This document shows, one piece after another, positions 28,749 to 40,023 of a stretch of DNA of 64,000 nt. The DNA is from Bacteroidales bacterium (GTDB taxonomy: Bacteria > Bacteroidota > Bacteroidia > Bacteroidales > UBA932): assembly GCA_017626555.1 (NCBI GenBank), contig JAGAIM010000019.1:20345-84344 (forward strand), read 5' to 3'. Within the stretch, counting starts at the first letter, position 1, and every line of letters begins with the position of its first letter. A program made the position numbers and the translations under genes. Below the pieces are notes generated by a model. That model made no database searches. It was not told the origin of the DNA and saw only the letters and a program-made list of their open reading frames with translations.

Positions 28749-30809
28749 ATGGAAAAGTCGCAGGCATATATAAGGATTCAGGAACTGAAAGAAGTCATCA
28801 ATGAGGCCAACAGGAGGTATTATGTCGATAACTCCCCTACTCTCAGTGATTTCGAATTTGATATGCTTTTGAAGGAACTGGAGTCTCTGGAAAAAGAATA
28901 TCCTGAATATCAGACATCTGACTCTCCGACACAGAAAGTCGGAAGTGACATCGTGTCGAATAAGGAATCTACGAAAGAGTTCGAGCAGCATCCCCACAGA
29001 TATCCGATGCTTTCGCTTGGCAACACTTATGACATATCAGAGGTGCAGGCTTTTGCTGACCGAGCGGTGAAAACCATAGGCAACAATTTCACATATTCCT
29101 GCGAATTGAAATTTGACGGTACGGCTATATGTCTCACTTACCGTAACGGGAAATTGTTCAGGGCGCTTACCAGAGGAGACGGAACAGTTGGAGACGATGT
29201 CACCGCAAATGTCAGGAACATATCCAATATCCCACAGGAGTTGCATATTCCGTCAGACTTCGTTCCGTCACTGCTTCAATCTTCCCCGTGGCCGGACGAA
29301 TTCGAGATCAGAGGAGAGATCTATATGCCTTGGGCTGCCTTTGACAGGCTCAACGAAGAACGTATTCAGGAGGAGGAACCACCTTTTGCCAATCCTAGAA
29401 ACGCAGCATCAGGTTCTCTTAAACTGCAGGACAGCAAAACTGTTGCAAAGAGAGGACTCGAGTGCACATTATACCATATTTTAGGCGAAGATCTCCCGTT
29501 CCAGACTCACGATGAGGCTTTGAAGGCTGCTGAAAGTTGGGGACTTCCAGTGTCTGACAAGAGAAAGGTCTGCAGAAATATCGATGAGATAGAAAGTTTT
29601 ATAACTCGCTGGGACACAGAGCGTAAAACATTACCGTTTGCCACTGACGGAATCGTTATAAAGATAAACGAACTCGCCTTGCAGGAAGAATTGGGCTATA
29701 CGGCAAAGTTCCCAAGATGGGCAGTGGCCTACAAGTTCAAGGCCGAGCAGGCATTGACCAGACTCCTGAGCATAGACTACCAGGTAGGAAGAACAGGCGC
29801 TGTCACCCCGGTGGCCAATCTGGAACCGGTACAGTTGAGCGGCACGATAGTCAAGAGAGCATCATTACATAATGCCGACCAGATGCAGATTCTTGATATT
29901 CATATAGGCGACTATGTGTATGTCGAGAAAGGCGGTGAAATCATACCGAAGATAACAGGAGTGGAATTAAGCCAGAGAGGTGATGATATATCCCTTCCTC
30001 ATTTCCCTGATGTCTGCCCGGATTGCGGCACCACATTGGTGAAGGACGAAAAGGAGGCAAAGTCATTCTGCCCCAACCAGACCGGCTGCCCTACTCAGAT
30101 CAAAGGCAGGCTGGTGCATTTCCTGAGCAGGAAGGCAATGAATGTCATTGCAGGTGAAGCGACAATCGACCAATTGTACAACAAGGCTCTTGTTTGGAAT
30201 CCAGCCGATTTCTACGAATTGCAGATGGAGCATCTTCTTACTCTGGAGGGATGGAAGGAACGCTCGGCAGAACGTTTCCTTAACAGCCTCAAGGAGTCGG
30301 TCAAAGTACCGTTTGAACGAGTTCTTTATGCACTTGGCATAAGATATGTCGGCGAGACCACGGCCAAGACCATCGCGAGACATTTCGGCAGCATTGATGC
30401 CATCGCAGCCGCTGATATGGAAAGTCTTCTTGCCGCAGATGATATCGGACAAGTAATTGCAGAGAGCATCTATGCATATTTCAGAGAGGACGCGAACATT
30501 GATACTATCGACAGGCTGAAGGCTGCAGGACTTAAATTCAAGATAGAGGCAGGCCAGCAGAAATTATCCTCGTCACTGGAGGGCAAGACCATCGTCATCA
30601 GTGGTAACTTCAGTGTTTCACGTGATGATATGAAGGCACTTATCGCGGCGCACGGGGGTAAAAACAGCGGATCGGTGAGCGGTAAGACCTCCTACCTCCT
30701 GGCAGGGGAAAAACCGGGTCCAGAAAAGATAAAGAAAGCAGAATCGCTTGGGGTGAAGATCATTGATGAAGGTACATTCAGAGATTTGATAAATAATATT
30801 GAGCAATGA
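28749..30809 (+). CDS. ligA: NAD-dependent DNA ligase
   Basis: ELKFDG adenylation motif, ALTRGDG, CPDC...C zinc finger, HhH, BRCT. Confidence 0.96.
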   Translation: MEKSQAYIRIQELKEVINEANRRYYVDNSPTLSDFEFDMLLKELESLEKEYPEYQTSDSPTQKVGSDIVSNKESTKEFEQHPHRYPMLSLGNTYDISEVQAFADRAVKTIGNNFTYSCELKFDGTAICLTYRNGKLFRALTRGDGTVGDDVTANVRNISNIPQELHIPSDFVPSLLQSSPWPDEFEIRGEIYMPWAAFDRLNEERIQEEEPPFANPRNAASGSLKLQDSKTVAKRGLECTLYHILGEDLPFQTHDEALKAAESWGLPVSDKRKVCRNIDEIESFITRWDTERKTLPFATDGIVIKINELALQEELGYTAKFPRWAVAYKFKAEQALTRLLSIDYQVGRTGAVTPVANLEPVQLSGTIVKRASLHNADQMQILDIHIGDYVYVEKGGEIIPKITGVELSQRGDDISLPHFPDVCPDCGTTLVKDEKEAKSFCPNQTGCPTQIKGRLVHFLSRKAMNVIAGEATIDQLYNKALVWNPADFYELQMEHLLTLEGWKERSAERFLNSLKESVKVPFERVLYALGIRYVGETTAKTIARHFGSIDAIAAADMESLLAADDIGQVIAESIYAYFREDANIDTIDRLKAAGLKFKIEAGQQKLSSSLEGKTIVISGNFSVSRDDMKALIAAHGGKNSGSVSGKTSYLLAGEKPGPEKIKKAESLGVKIIDEGTFRDLINNIEQ

Positions 30810-31168
30810 ACACAGGTGACATCTATACTTTGACACATACAGTTGCGGAAAATGAGACCGCCGAAATTCTCGGCTCAGGAGGGCTTCCTGTTTTTTCCAC
30901 ACCATCTATGATATGCCTGATGGAACTGGCATCTTACAGACTTGCGGAAAGCAAAGGATATCAGACGGTCGGAACCAAGGTTAACATATCGCATCTGAGA
31001 GCCTGCAGGCCGGGAACTGTGCTGACAGCAACAGCGGAGGTCATCGAAGTGCAGGGACGCAGGGTGGAGTTCACTGTGAAGGTAGAGGATGAATCGGGTG
31101 TCATCGGTGAAGGATGTCACCAGAGATATGTAATTGATCCTGAAAGATTTATGGCAAAACTCCAGTAA
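30806..31168 (+). CDS. Thioesterase family protein (FlK-like hotdog fold)
   Basis: VFSTPSMICLME, TVGTKVNISHL. Confidence 0.85.
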   Translation: MNTGDIYTLTHTVAENETAEILGSGGLPVFSTPSMICLMELASYRLAESKGYQTVGTKVNISHLRACRPGTVLTATAEVIEVQGRRVEFTVKVEDESGVIGEGCHQRYVIDPERFMAKLQ

Positions 31169-32094
31169 TGAAGAGGATAACGAAGAAGACATACCGTCTG
31201 AAACGATTCTTCAAGGACGATATATGGACTTTGGATATGGAGGAATTATCCAGAGCCAGGGCTCGTTTTGTCAAGTATATGAAGGTGATGATGATAACCA
31301 TCAAGACCTTTTCAAGCGAGAAGATCGGTTTTCAGGCTGTGGCTCTGAGTTTCTTCAGTACTATGTCTGTTGTTCCGTTCGTAGCCATAGTCTTTGCCAT
31401 CACAGGAGGATTCGGTCTTGCAGACAAACTCAAGGAATTTCTTTACGGATATTTCAATAACAGTCAGCAGATCATCGACACAGTGCTCGGCTTTGCCGAT
31501 AATATAATCACCACCGCTCAGAGCAGTCTGATGGGACTTGTTTCAGCCCTTCTTTTCGTATGGATCGTGGTGTGGATGATGATGAATGTGGAAAGAGTAT
31601 TCAATAATGTGTGGCGCGTGCAGAAGTCCAGAAATCTCCTTCGAAGGCTTTCTGTAATATTTGCTATGCTTTTTGTATCGCCTTTCATAGTGCTGGTGTT
31701 CTTTGGTGGATCTGTTGTCTATTCACACGCACTGAATTATCTGGGTCTGGATGTCGAGACTTTCTCTGCATTCAAAACCATTCTCACCTGGACTTTGTTT
31801 GCCCTTATTGCCACTCTGACCTTTTCTGCAATGTATAAGTTCATACCAAATGCTCCTGTCGATTATGCCAATGCCCTTCGAGCAGCAGCATTTTCGGGTA
31901 TTGCATTCACTGTTATGCAATATTTATATCTTGAGACTCAGGTGCTTGTATCGAGAATGAACGGAATATATGGAGCATTTGCGGCTGTGCCGCTGTTTAT
32001 GATATGGATAAATATAGGATGGTTCATTATCCTGATAGGAGCAGAACTGTCGTATGCATTCCAGCACGTTGATAATTATAACATTGAGGACTAA
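31168..32094 (+). CDS. YihY/BrkB family membrane protein
   Basis: ALSFFSTMSVVP, YGAFAAVPLFMIWINIGWFIILIGAE. Confidence 0.9.
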   Translation: MKRITKKTYRLKRFFKDDIWTLDMEELSRARARFVKYMKVMMITIKTFSSEKIGFQAVALSFFSTMSVVPFVAIVFAITGGFGLADKLKEFLYGYFNNSQQIIDTVLGFADNIITTAQSSLMGLVSALLFVWIVVWMMMNVERVFNNVWRVQKSRNLLRRLSVIFAMLFVSPFIVLVFFGGSVVYSHALNYLGLDVETFSAFKTILTWTLFALIATLTFSAMYKFIPNAPVDYANALRAAAFSGIAFTVMQYLYLETQVLVSRMNGIYGAFAAVPLFMIWINIGWFIILIGAELSYAFQHVDNYNIED

Positions 32095-32098
32095 CTAT

Positions 32099-34288
32099 AT
32101 GGGATCATTTTCAGAATTCAATCAGCAGGACTACGAGGTCATCGCACGCGAATATGCCGGACTTAAGGAAGCGGCGAGGAAAAGATGTGCGGACCAGTCG
32201 GAACTTGATATGATCCAGAAGGCATTTGAATTTGCCAATGAAGCACATAAGGGTGTCAGAAGACGCTCTGGTGAGCCGTATATACTCCACCCTATCGCGG
32301 TAGCTAAGATCGTCGTAAGCAATATAGGTCTTGGTTATAAATCTATTGTTGCAGCACTTCTACACGATGTTGTGGAGGACACGCATTATACTGTCGAGGA
32401 TCTCAAAAGCCTTTTCGGAGACAAAGTCGCAACACTGGTCGAGGGATTGACCAAGATCAAGACTGTTCTTGACAATGAGGATAAGGCAGAGCAGAAAAGT
32501 ATGCAGGCGGAAAACTTCAAGCGCATTCTTCTCACACTCAATGACGATGTCCGTGTGGTGCTCATAAAACTCGCCGACAGGCTCCACAACTGCCGCACAA
32601 TCGAATATATGCCGGAACATAAGAGGGACAAAATCTTAAGCGAAACTATGTTCGTCTTTATCCCCCTTGCTCACAGGCTTGGTCTTTATGGTGTGAAGTC
32701 GGAAATGGAGGATATATGGCTCAGATACAAAGAGCCTGAAGCCTTCCACGATATTACGGCGAAGATCAACAGGAATGTAATCGATAAGGATAAGGAAATC
32801 AATGATTTCATAGCGCCGATAGATGCAGCGCTCAAGGCTGCCGGATTCAGATTCGAGATAAAGAAACGTGTCAAGACCCCGTACTCGATCTGGAACAAGA
32901 TGAACAATAAGGGAATAGATTTCGATCAGATCTACGATCTCTATGCCGTCCGGATCATCTTCGATCCGGAAAATGCTCCGACAGAGACCGAACGTGACCA
33001 ATGCTATCATATATTCTCGATAATCACAGGCATATACCGATACAAGTCAGACAGGGTTAGAGACTGGGTCAATTATCCGAAAAACAACGGATATGAAGCA
33101 TTGCACTGCACATTGATGAGTCATACCGGTATATGGATAGAGGTACAGATCCGCTCAGTGAGGATGAATGAGATAGCGGAAAAAGGAATTGCTGCACACT
33201 GGGCCTACAAAAAGGATGGATTCGCAGACGGTAGCGAAAGCGAAATGGACAAATGGATAACGAAAGTCAAGGAGATTCTAGTAAGTCCTGACGTCAACGC
33301 TCTCGACCTCCTCGATATGATTCATAACGACCTTATCAAGACAGACATTTTTGTTTTCACACCGAAAGGCCAGCAGAAGAGTATCGAAAAGGGTGCTACA
33401 GCGTTGGATTTTGCATATTCGATCCATACCGAAATCGGAGACAAGGCAATTGCTGCCAAGGTCAATCTTAAACTTGTGGCTCTGTCATACGTGCTCAAGA
33501 CAGGAGATCAGGTCGAGATCATCACCGCTGAAAATGAAAAACCTAAACGCGAGTGGCTCGACTTCGTCAAGACTTCCAAAGCCAGAAAGATAATTCTTGA
33601 CCGTCTTAAATCACAGCGTCAGAATATAATCAATCTCGGTCGTACAATGCTTGTTGACAAACTCGAGTCAATCGGCAAGACGCTGAATGACAGCATTATA
33701 AAATCATTGATGGAAGAGTTTGATGTCTTCGACAGCAATCCTGATGAAGTATATTTCAAGATCGGAAGCGGACTTGTAAGCCTGGACGGATTGTCTGAAA
33801 ACCTGAAGAAATACGAAGGTATCAACAAGGAATCCTATTTTGTGATCTCAGATGATGATGAAAAGCACAAGTATGTGCTTGCATCCTGCTGTACCCCTAT
33901 CAGAGGCGAAAGTGTAATCGGCTTCAGAGCCTCAGATGGAACTATTACTGTACATACACGCACCTGTCCTAACGCGAACAGTCTTGCAGCCAAATTCGGG
34001 GATAAGATTCTCACAGTGAAATGGGCCGACAAGGAGAATTCCGGCAATTCATATCTGGCCAGAATATATCTCAAGGGTACAGACAGGCTGGGAATGATAA
34101 ATGATATCACAAGAGTCACTTCCAAAGTTATGGGCGTGAATATCAGGAGATTCGACATTGGATCGGAAGACGGAATTTTCGACGGCTTCATCGACCTATA
34201 TGTAAACGATATGGACAATCTTGAAAATCTGATCAGGAAGATACATAAGATCAAAGGTATAGAGAAGGTTGTCAGAAAGGAATTGTAA
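32099..34288 (+). CDS. relA: RelA/SpoT (p)ppGpp synthetase/hydrolase
   Basis: RRSGEPYILHP, LLHDVVEDT (intact HD), KLADRLHN, EVQIR, TGS and ACT domains; bifunctional Rel type. Confidence 0.93.
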   Translation: MGSFSEFNQQDYEVIAREYAGLKEAARKRCADQSELDMIQKAFEFANEAHKGVRRRSGEPYILHPIAVAKIVVSNIGLGYKSIVAALLHDVVEDTHYTVEDLKSLFGDKVATLVEGLTKIKTVLDNEDKAEQKSMQAENFKRILLTLNDDVRVVLIKLADRLHNCRTIEYMPEHKRDKILSETMFVFIPLAHRLGLYGVKSEMEDIWLRYKEPEAFHDITAKINRNVIDKDKEINDFIAPIDAALKAAGFRFEIKKRVKTPYSIWNKMNNKGIDFDQIYDLYAVRIIFDPENAPTETERDQCYHIFSIITGIYRYKSDRVRDWVNYPKNNGYEALHCTLMSHTGIWIEVQIRSVRMNEIAEKGIAAHWAYKKDGFADGSESEMDKWITKVKEILVSPDVNALDLLDMIHNDLIKTDIFVFTPKGQQKSIEKGATALDFAYSIHTEIGDKAIAAKVNLKLVALSYVLKTGDQVEIITAENEKPKREWLDFVKTSKARKIILDRLKSQRQNIINLGRTMLVDKLESIGKTLNDSIIKSLMEEFDVFDSNPDEVYFKIGSGLVSLDGLSENLKKYEGINKESYFVISDDDEKHKYVLASCCTPIRGESVIGFRASDGTITVHTRTCPNANSLAAKFGDKILTVKWADKENSGNSYLARIYLKGTDRLGMINDITRVTSKVMGVNIRRFDIGSEDGIFDGFIDLYVNDMDNLENLIRKIHKIKGIEKVVRKEL

Positions 34289-34304
34289 AGGAATAAAACA
34301 GATT

Positions 34305-36101
34305 ATGAAAAAGGTATTATCATATTTATGCCCGGCAATACCGGTGGCGTTCATACTTGGATCTATGATCTTTTCGCATTCGTGTGCTAACACGACTACT
34401 CCACCTAGCGGAGGCCCCAAGGATACTATTCCTCCTGTCATCACGGAAATTTTTCCGGCAATAGGTGCAGTTAATATTCCGACTCACAAGACGAAACTCG
34501 AACTTGAATTCAATGAGTATGTAACAGTCAAGGATGCGAAAAGCCTTTTCCTCTCCCCTCCTTTGGAGAAATCTCCCAAATACAAACTCAAGGGAAAGAG
34601 TGTCATCATTACATTCGAAGGCGATCTTGATTCCAATAAGACATATACTCTCGATGTAACCAATGCCATTGCAGACAACAATGAGGGCAATATGTTCCCA
34701 GGATATACCCTCGTATTCTCTACAGGCTCCAGAATCGATTCAATGGTTGTCACCGGTATAGTCCAGGACTGTAATAACCTCCAGCCTCTCAAGGGTGCTA
34801 CCGTTATGCTTTATAAGGATCAGGCCGACTCTGCAATCTTCCTCAAACGCCCTGATGCAGCAGTCAAGACCGATGACTGGGGATTCTTCTGCCTCAGAAA
34901 TATCCAGGATACAGTCTATAGACTTTATGCACTGATCGATGAAAACAACAACAACAAATATGATCCTGATGCTGAGAAGGTTGCCTTCCTTGATTCAGTG
35001 ATAACTCCTGTGATGATGGTAAGTGACAGCCTTCCGGAACTTTTCAAATATGAAATGACCGACACTGTCAATTGCCTTGCACGAAAGCAGGAATATGAAC
35101 TTAACATATTCAGGGAAATGCCTAGTATGCAGATGATTGTGAACAAGGAACGCGTTGGTGATAGAACAGCATACGTAACATTTATGGCTCCGTATGCGAA
35201 AATTGACTCGCTTTGGATCAAAGGAGTGCCTCAGAATAATATAATAACACAGTTCAACCCACTTCAGGACAGCCTCGAAATATGGGTGAATGATCCAAAG
35301 CCACAGCCTGACACATTCTTCGTGAACATCAAGTATATGAAGACTGACACTCTTGGTATGCTGAACAGTTTCACAGAAGAACTCAAACTTGTAAATCCAA
35401 ACAGAAAAGTTCTTGGAAAGAGTTCCAGAAAGGACATAAAGCACGAAGATACCACGGCAGTATTCACTCTGGAAGCAAAGCCGGAAACTGTCGAGCAATA
35501 CGGCTTTGTATTCGAGTTCAAGTATCCGATAGTCGAATCTGCCTTCGACTCGCTGACATTCAGATATCTTAATCCTAAGCAGGAGGAATCTATAGGACAA
35601 TATACTGTGGAGAAAGACACTCTCAATCTCAGGAAATATATTGTCAGGCCAACGGAAAAACTCTTGCCAGGATATGAATATTTCCTGAAGGTGCCTCATC
35701 GTAAGTTTAAGGATATAAATGGTTTCTATAATGATAGTACTGAGGTGAAGGTGTCGCTTCCTAATGATGACAAACTCAGCACATTATACCTCACGCTGTC
35801 AAATGTAAACAATAAATATATCGTTGACCTCCTTAATGAGAAACGCTCTTCTGTATTGAGATCATATATAATTGATACCGACCAGACACTGGTATTCCCA
35901 TATCTCAAGGCCGGCAAATATTCAATCAGGATAACGGAAGACTTGAACAGGAACGGTATAGTCGATACCGGTATCCTGCTTGAACATAAACAGCCGGAAA
36001 AAGTAAGGTTCTACAAACTGGAGGATGGAACATTCCTGATAGATATCCCTGAAATGATGGAAATCGACCAGAGTGTAGATATGCAAGAAATGTTCAAATA
36101 G
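34305..36101 (+). CDS. Ig-like domain-containing lipoprotein
   Basis: CANTTTPPSGGPKDTIPP, FNEYV, QPEKV; typical Bacteroidetes Big-domain protein. Confidence 0.8.
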   Translation: MKKVLSYLCPAIPVAFILGSMIFSHSCANTTTPPSGGPKDTIPPVITEIFPAIGAVNIPTHKTKLELEFNEYVTVKDAKSLFLSPPLEKSPKYKLKGKSVIITFEGDLDSNKTYTLDVTNAIADNNEGNMFPGYTLVFSTGSRIDSMVVTGIVQDCNNLQPLKGATVMLYKDQADSAIFLKRPDAAVKTDDWGFFCLRNIQDTVYRLYALIDENNNNKYDPDAEKVAFLDSVITPVMMVSDSLPELFKYEMTDTVNCLARKQEYELNIFREMPSMQMIVNKERVGDRTAYVTFMAPYAKIDSLWIKGVPQNNIITQFNPLQDSLEIWVNDPKPQPDTFFVNIKYMKTDTLGMLNSFTEELKLVNPNRKVLGKSSRKDIKHEDTTAVFTLEAKPETVEQYGFVFEFKYPIVESAFDSLTFRYLNPKQEESIGQYTVEKDTLNLRKYIVRPTEKLLPGYEYFLKVPHRKFKDINGFYNDSTEVKVSLPNDDKLSTLYLTLSNVNNKYIVDLLNEKRSSVLRSYIIDTDQTLVFPYLKAGKYSIRITEDLNRNGIVDTGILLEHKQPEKVRFYKLEDGTFLIDIPEMMEIDQSVDMQEMFK

Positions 36102-36107
36102 CCATTT

Positions 36108-36965
36108 ATGAAAAAGATACTGATAACATTGATTTTAGCGTTGGTTTTCACTTCCCTTAGCGCTGAGCCGGCCTTGAAAGAGAAGAAGGATAGGAAAATC
36201 GGTGCCGATACGCTTACCAATGAATTTCTTGACACGGTAACTGTGAAGAAAGCATTGGTAGTAAATGATTATTCGCTGATAGGTATTCAATATGGAGTCG
36301 GCCTGAGCCAGGTGATGTGGAATCCGAGACAGGAGCAGAAAATGGTGTTTTCTCCTGTAAATGTGGGAGTTACATATACCAAATACGGGCAGATGTTTGC
36401 GATGCCGTTCTTTGCATTCAAGGCAGGACTCTTCTATGCCAAAGAAGGATATCAGTTTGAATACAATGAAGAATATGATTATACCTATAAGATAGAAGGA
36501 GCGGAGAAAGCCATATTTGAAGTAATCGAGGTGCCCCTTCTGTTCCAATTCCATTTTGACACCTGGAATTTCAAGTTCTTTGCAGAAGCAGGCCTCTATG
36601 GAGGATACAGACTTTCAATTCATAGAATCTCCGGTGAGACAGGTTTTGTGAAGCCCGAAATGGAATTTTCATTCAAGGACACGGACAGGCGTATGGACTA
36701 TGGAATCAAAGGTGGTGTCGGATTCGCCCTCGTATTCGATCCGCTTGAGTTTCATATTACAGCATCATACAAGCATTCTCTTTCCACACTGTATGATCCT
36801 GACTACAACAGCCAATACTATTATAGATTTGCGTACCCGTCAAATATAATTATCTCGGCTGGAGTACATTTCCAATTGAGCAAACGCACAGGAAAGACAA
36901 AAGCAGCATTAAAGAAAGAAGCAAAATCGATAGTTTATGGAGACATTGACAGTCAAGGTAGGTAA
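36108..36965 (+). CDS. PorT-like outer-membrane beta-barrel protein
   Basis: Signal peptide, IEVPLLFQF, DYGIKGGVG strands. Confidence 0.7.
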   Translation: MKKILITLILALVFTSLSAEPALKEKKDRKIGADTLTNEFLDTVTVKKALVVNDYSLIGIQYGVGLSQVMWNPRQEQKMVFSPVNVGVTYTKYGQMFAMPFFAFKAGLFYAKEGYQFEYNEEYDYTYKIEGAEKAIFEVIEVPLLFQFHFDTWNFKFFAEAGLYGGYRLSIHRISGETGFVKPEMEFSFKDTDRRMDYGIKGGVGFALVFDPLEFHITASYKHSLSTLYDPDYNSQYYYRFAYPSNIIISAGVHFQLSKRTGKTKAALKKEAKSIVYGDIDSQGR

Positions 36966-38229
36966 CGTCCTGATAGGTGGAGATAATCCTATCGTTGTGC
37001 AGACAATGTGCAACACTCATACTTCAGATGTCGAAGCATCTGTGGCTCAATGCATCAGACTAGCCAAGGCTGGTGCACAACTCATCCGGCTTACTGTGCC
37101 ATCACTCGCACAGGTGGAATCTCTCAGACAGATAAAGGAGATACTCAGATCAGAAGGAATATCTACTCCCCTTGTGGCTGATGTCCATTTCTCATCCGAA
37201 ATAGCAATCGCTGCTGCATCCGTCGTTGAGAAAGTAAGAATCAATCCTGGCAATTTCCACAAGGATCACGACAAAGCACGCGAACAATTCGCCAGACTTG
37301 TCCAGGTCTGCAAGGAGAACGGCACTGCAATCAGGATAGGACTCAATCACGGTTCATTGGGAGAAAGGATCACGAATCTCTATGGGAACACCCCTCTTGC
37401 GATGAAAGAGGCTGTAATGGAGTGGCTGGATATGTGTGTGGAAAACGATTTCTATAATGTGGTCGTATCATTGAAAGCATCTAACACTTTTGTTATGGTA
37501 GAGGCTTACCGCCTGTTAGCCAAGGAGATGCAGAATAATGGAATAGTCTTCCCGCTACATTTGGGAGTAACAGAGGCCGGAAATGGAGATGGTGGAAGAA
37601 TCAAGTCTGCTGTGGGGATTTCTGCACTTCTGTCCGAAGGTATCGGCAACACAATAAGGGTATCGCTCACAGAAGATCCGGAGAATGAGATCCCTGTGGC
37701 TCAGTATCTTGCTGACAGATATGACCACAGAATACATTCTTCGATGGTATCCGTCTCCATAGAGGGAAAGAAGGCTGTTGCCTCGTATTCTGCGCCTACA
37801 AGAGAACGACTAATTCTCGATTTCGCTTGTGATTTCGGCAAGCGTCTGCTTGATAAGGAACTTGATGAAGTCGAACTGACAGGTGTCGATGATGCAGAAT
37901 ATCTGACTGACGAACTTATGCAGGCCGCTAGACGCCGTTTTTATAGACCGGAATATATCGCCTGCCCAGGCTGCGGCCGCACAATGTACAATCTGGAAGG
38001 CACATTCGAAGAAGTCAAGAGGAGGACATCACATCTTAAAGGAATGGTGATTGCTGTTATGGGATGCATTGTGAACGGCCCTGGTGAGATGGCTGATGCT
38101 GACTGGGGATATGTAGGTGAAGGAAACGGCAAAGTCTCGATCTACAAAGGTAAATCGCCGATACTCAGACACGTTCCGGAGAATGAAGCAATTGACCGTC
38201 TGCTGGAACTGATTGCAGAAGAACAATGA
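36937..38229 (+). CDS. ispG: HMBPP synthase
   Basis: VQTMCNT, ADVHF, RINPGN, HLGVTEAG, CPGCGR, MGCIVNGPGE. Confidence 0.96.
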   Translation: METLTVKVGNVLIGGDNPIVVQTMCNTHTSDVEASVAQCIRLAKAGAQLIRLTVPSLAQVESLRQIKEILRSEGISTPLVADVHFSSEIAIAAASVVEKVRINPGNFHKDHDKAREQFARLVQVCKENGTAIRIGLNHGSLGERITNLYGNTPLAMKEAVMEWLDMCVENDFYNVVVSLKASNTFVMVEAYRLLAKEMQNNGIVFPLHLGVTEAGNGDGGRIKSAVGISALLSEGIGNTIRVSLTEDPENEIPVAQYLADRYDHRIHSSMVSVSIEGKKAVASYSAPTRERLILDFACDFGKRLLDKELDEVELTGVDDAEYLTDELMQAARRRFYRPEYIACPGCGRTMYNLEGTFEEVKRRTSHLKGMVIAVMGCIVNGPGEMADADWGYVGEGNGKVSIYKGKSPILRHVPENEAIDRLLELIAEEQ

Positions 38230-38243
38230 TTTTCACCAGAATA

Positions 38244-38275
38244 AAAGGCAGATGAATCATCAATCATCTGCCTTT
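38244..38275. terminator. Bidirectional terminator
   Basis: AAAGGCAGATGA / TCATCTGCCTTT 12-bp inverted repeat between convergent genes. Confidence 0.7.
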
Positions 38276-39309
38276 ATTATATCCTTCTGAGCCTTTTCCC
38301 ATTGATCTTTTGCATATTCCTGCATATCGACGACTTCATCCTTTTCATCAACGATTTCCTGACCAAGCATCGTCTCGATCACGTCTTCCATAGTGACGAT
38401 TCCTCTAAGTGACCCGTACTCATCGAGGATGGCCGAAATATGTTCTTTCTTTTCCAGAAGTTTTTCCCAGATGTCTGCAACAGAATCTTCTTCATTAAAT
38501 GTCAGGATAGGGCGTATGATATCCTCAAGAGTCGTATTGAACTTGTCTTCTGCCATCTTTTCCAAGACTTCCTGACGAAGCACATATCCTGCCACATATT
38601 CATCATTCTCCTCATCGTAAACCAGAATTCGTGAATGTGAATTTTCACTATCATAGAACTCTCTGATGGTCATACTTCCTGGTACCATTTCAACAACTAC
38701 GCTAGGAGTCATAATCTCGTGAGCAGTCACCTCATCAAGTTTGAGAAGATTCTGGATCATCTTTTTCTCATCTTTCTCGATGACTTCTTCCTCAGTGGCC
38801 ACGCTGACCATAGCGGATATGTCCTCCCTGCTTACACTTACCTGATTCGAGCGGGATGAAATGAGTCGCTGCATATGCTCAAGAATCCACACCAAAGGGA
38901 ATGCAATGAATATCATAGCATTGATGATGACAGAAGCGGGCAGAGCGAGAGTTCGCCAATAACTGGTACCGATTGTCTTTGGAATAATCTCCGAAAAAAT
39001 CAATATGCATAATGTAAATATTGTCGAGAAGACTCCTACAAGAGCATCGCCATAGACCTCATACACAAGAGATCCGACGATTGAAGCGCCGACAGTATTA
39101 GCGATGGTATTAAGACACAGAATCGCAGAAATCGGGCGATCCGAATTCTGTTTAAGTCTTTTAAGCCTTTGCGCGCCTTTCACCCCTTGTTCTTCGAGAC
39201 CTGTTATATATGATAATGGGGTGGAAAGCAGAGTCGCCTCAAGCATTGAACATAATGCTGACAACGCGATTGAGACGATCATAATTATATATATCAACTG
39301 TTCTTCCAT
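38260..39309 (-). CDS. CNNM (DUF21)-CBS domain protein
   Basis: SMLEATLLS, SEIIPKT, EIMTP, SRI, DEYG...IVTMEDVIE. Confidence 0.9.
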   Translation of the reverse strand: MEEQLIYIIMIVSIALSALCSMLEATLLSTPLSYITGLEEQGVKGAQRLKRLKQNSDRPISAILCLNTIANTVGASIVGSLVYEVYGDALVGVFSTIFTLCILIFSEIIPKTIGTSYWRTLALPASVIINAMIFIAFPLVWILEHMQRLISSRSNQVSVSREDISAMVSVATEEEVIEKDEKKMIQNLLKLDEVTAHEIMTPSVVVEMVPGSMTIREFYDSENSHSRILVYDEENDEYVAGYVLRQEVLEKMAEDKFNTTLEDIIRPILTFNEEDSVADIWEKLLEKKEHISAILDEYGSLRGIVTMEDVIETMLGQEIVDEKDEVVDMQEYAKDQWEKAQKDIIKADD

Positions 39310-39313
39310 ATTC

Positions 39314-39970
39314 CTATTTATGAAGTTCTGCTATGACAGTTTCGCAAGCCTTGACATAATCACCGATCTGAACCTTGATATCGGCATCAAGCGGCAGATA
39401 CATATCGATTCTGGATCCGAACTTGATCACTCCACATTGTTCTCCCTTGATTTCGTTATCACCTGGATTGGCGTATGTGACTATCCTTCTGGCAAAAGTA
39501 CCTGCAAGTTGTTTGAAGAATACATCTCCGTGTGCGCTTCTGATTCCCACAGATGAGTGTTCGTTAAGTTCTGATGCCTTTGGAAGGAACGCCAGCATAT
39601 ATTTGCCTGGATGATATTTGTAATATGTGACTTCCCCGCTCACTGGCCAGTAATTGACGTGAACATTGAAGAAATCCATATATACCGAGACTTGAAGACA
39701 CTCTCCATTGATATATTCAGGCTCGAAGACTTTGTCAACGACCACAACCTTGCCGTCAGCGACAGAAGTAACTATATTATCCCCTGAAACGGTGGAACGT
39801 CTTGGTACTCTGAAGAAAAACAGAGAAAAGCCCATCATTGTGACTGGAATCACGCACAATGGATATGATATGAAGGGATATGGAATAAAACGCATCAATG
39901 CAAATGTCAAAGGTGCGCAAATAAGCCATATCAATAAAATCGTCCTATAACAGTCTTTCTGTATAATCAT
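39314..39970 (-). CDS. psd: Phosphatidylserine decarboxylase proenzyme
   Basis: FFFRVP, ADGKVV, NVHVN, KFGSRID cleavage motif. Confidence 0.93.
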   Translation of the reverse strand: MIIQKDCYRTILLIWLICAPLTFALMRFIPYPFISYPLCVIPVTMMGFSLFFFRVPRRSTVSGDNIVTSVADGKVVVVDKVFEPEYINGECLQVSVYMDFFNVHVNYWPVSGEVTYYKYHPGKYMLAFLPKASELNEHSSVGIRSAHGDVFFKQLAGTFARRIVTYANPGDNEIKGEQCGVIKFGSRIDMYLPLDADIKVQIGDYVKACETVIAELHK

Positions 39971-40023
39971 AATGGCTGCAAAAGTACGGAAAAAAAGGCA
40001 ATTAGCAAAAACATATTGCCTTA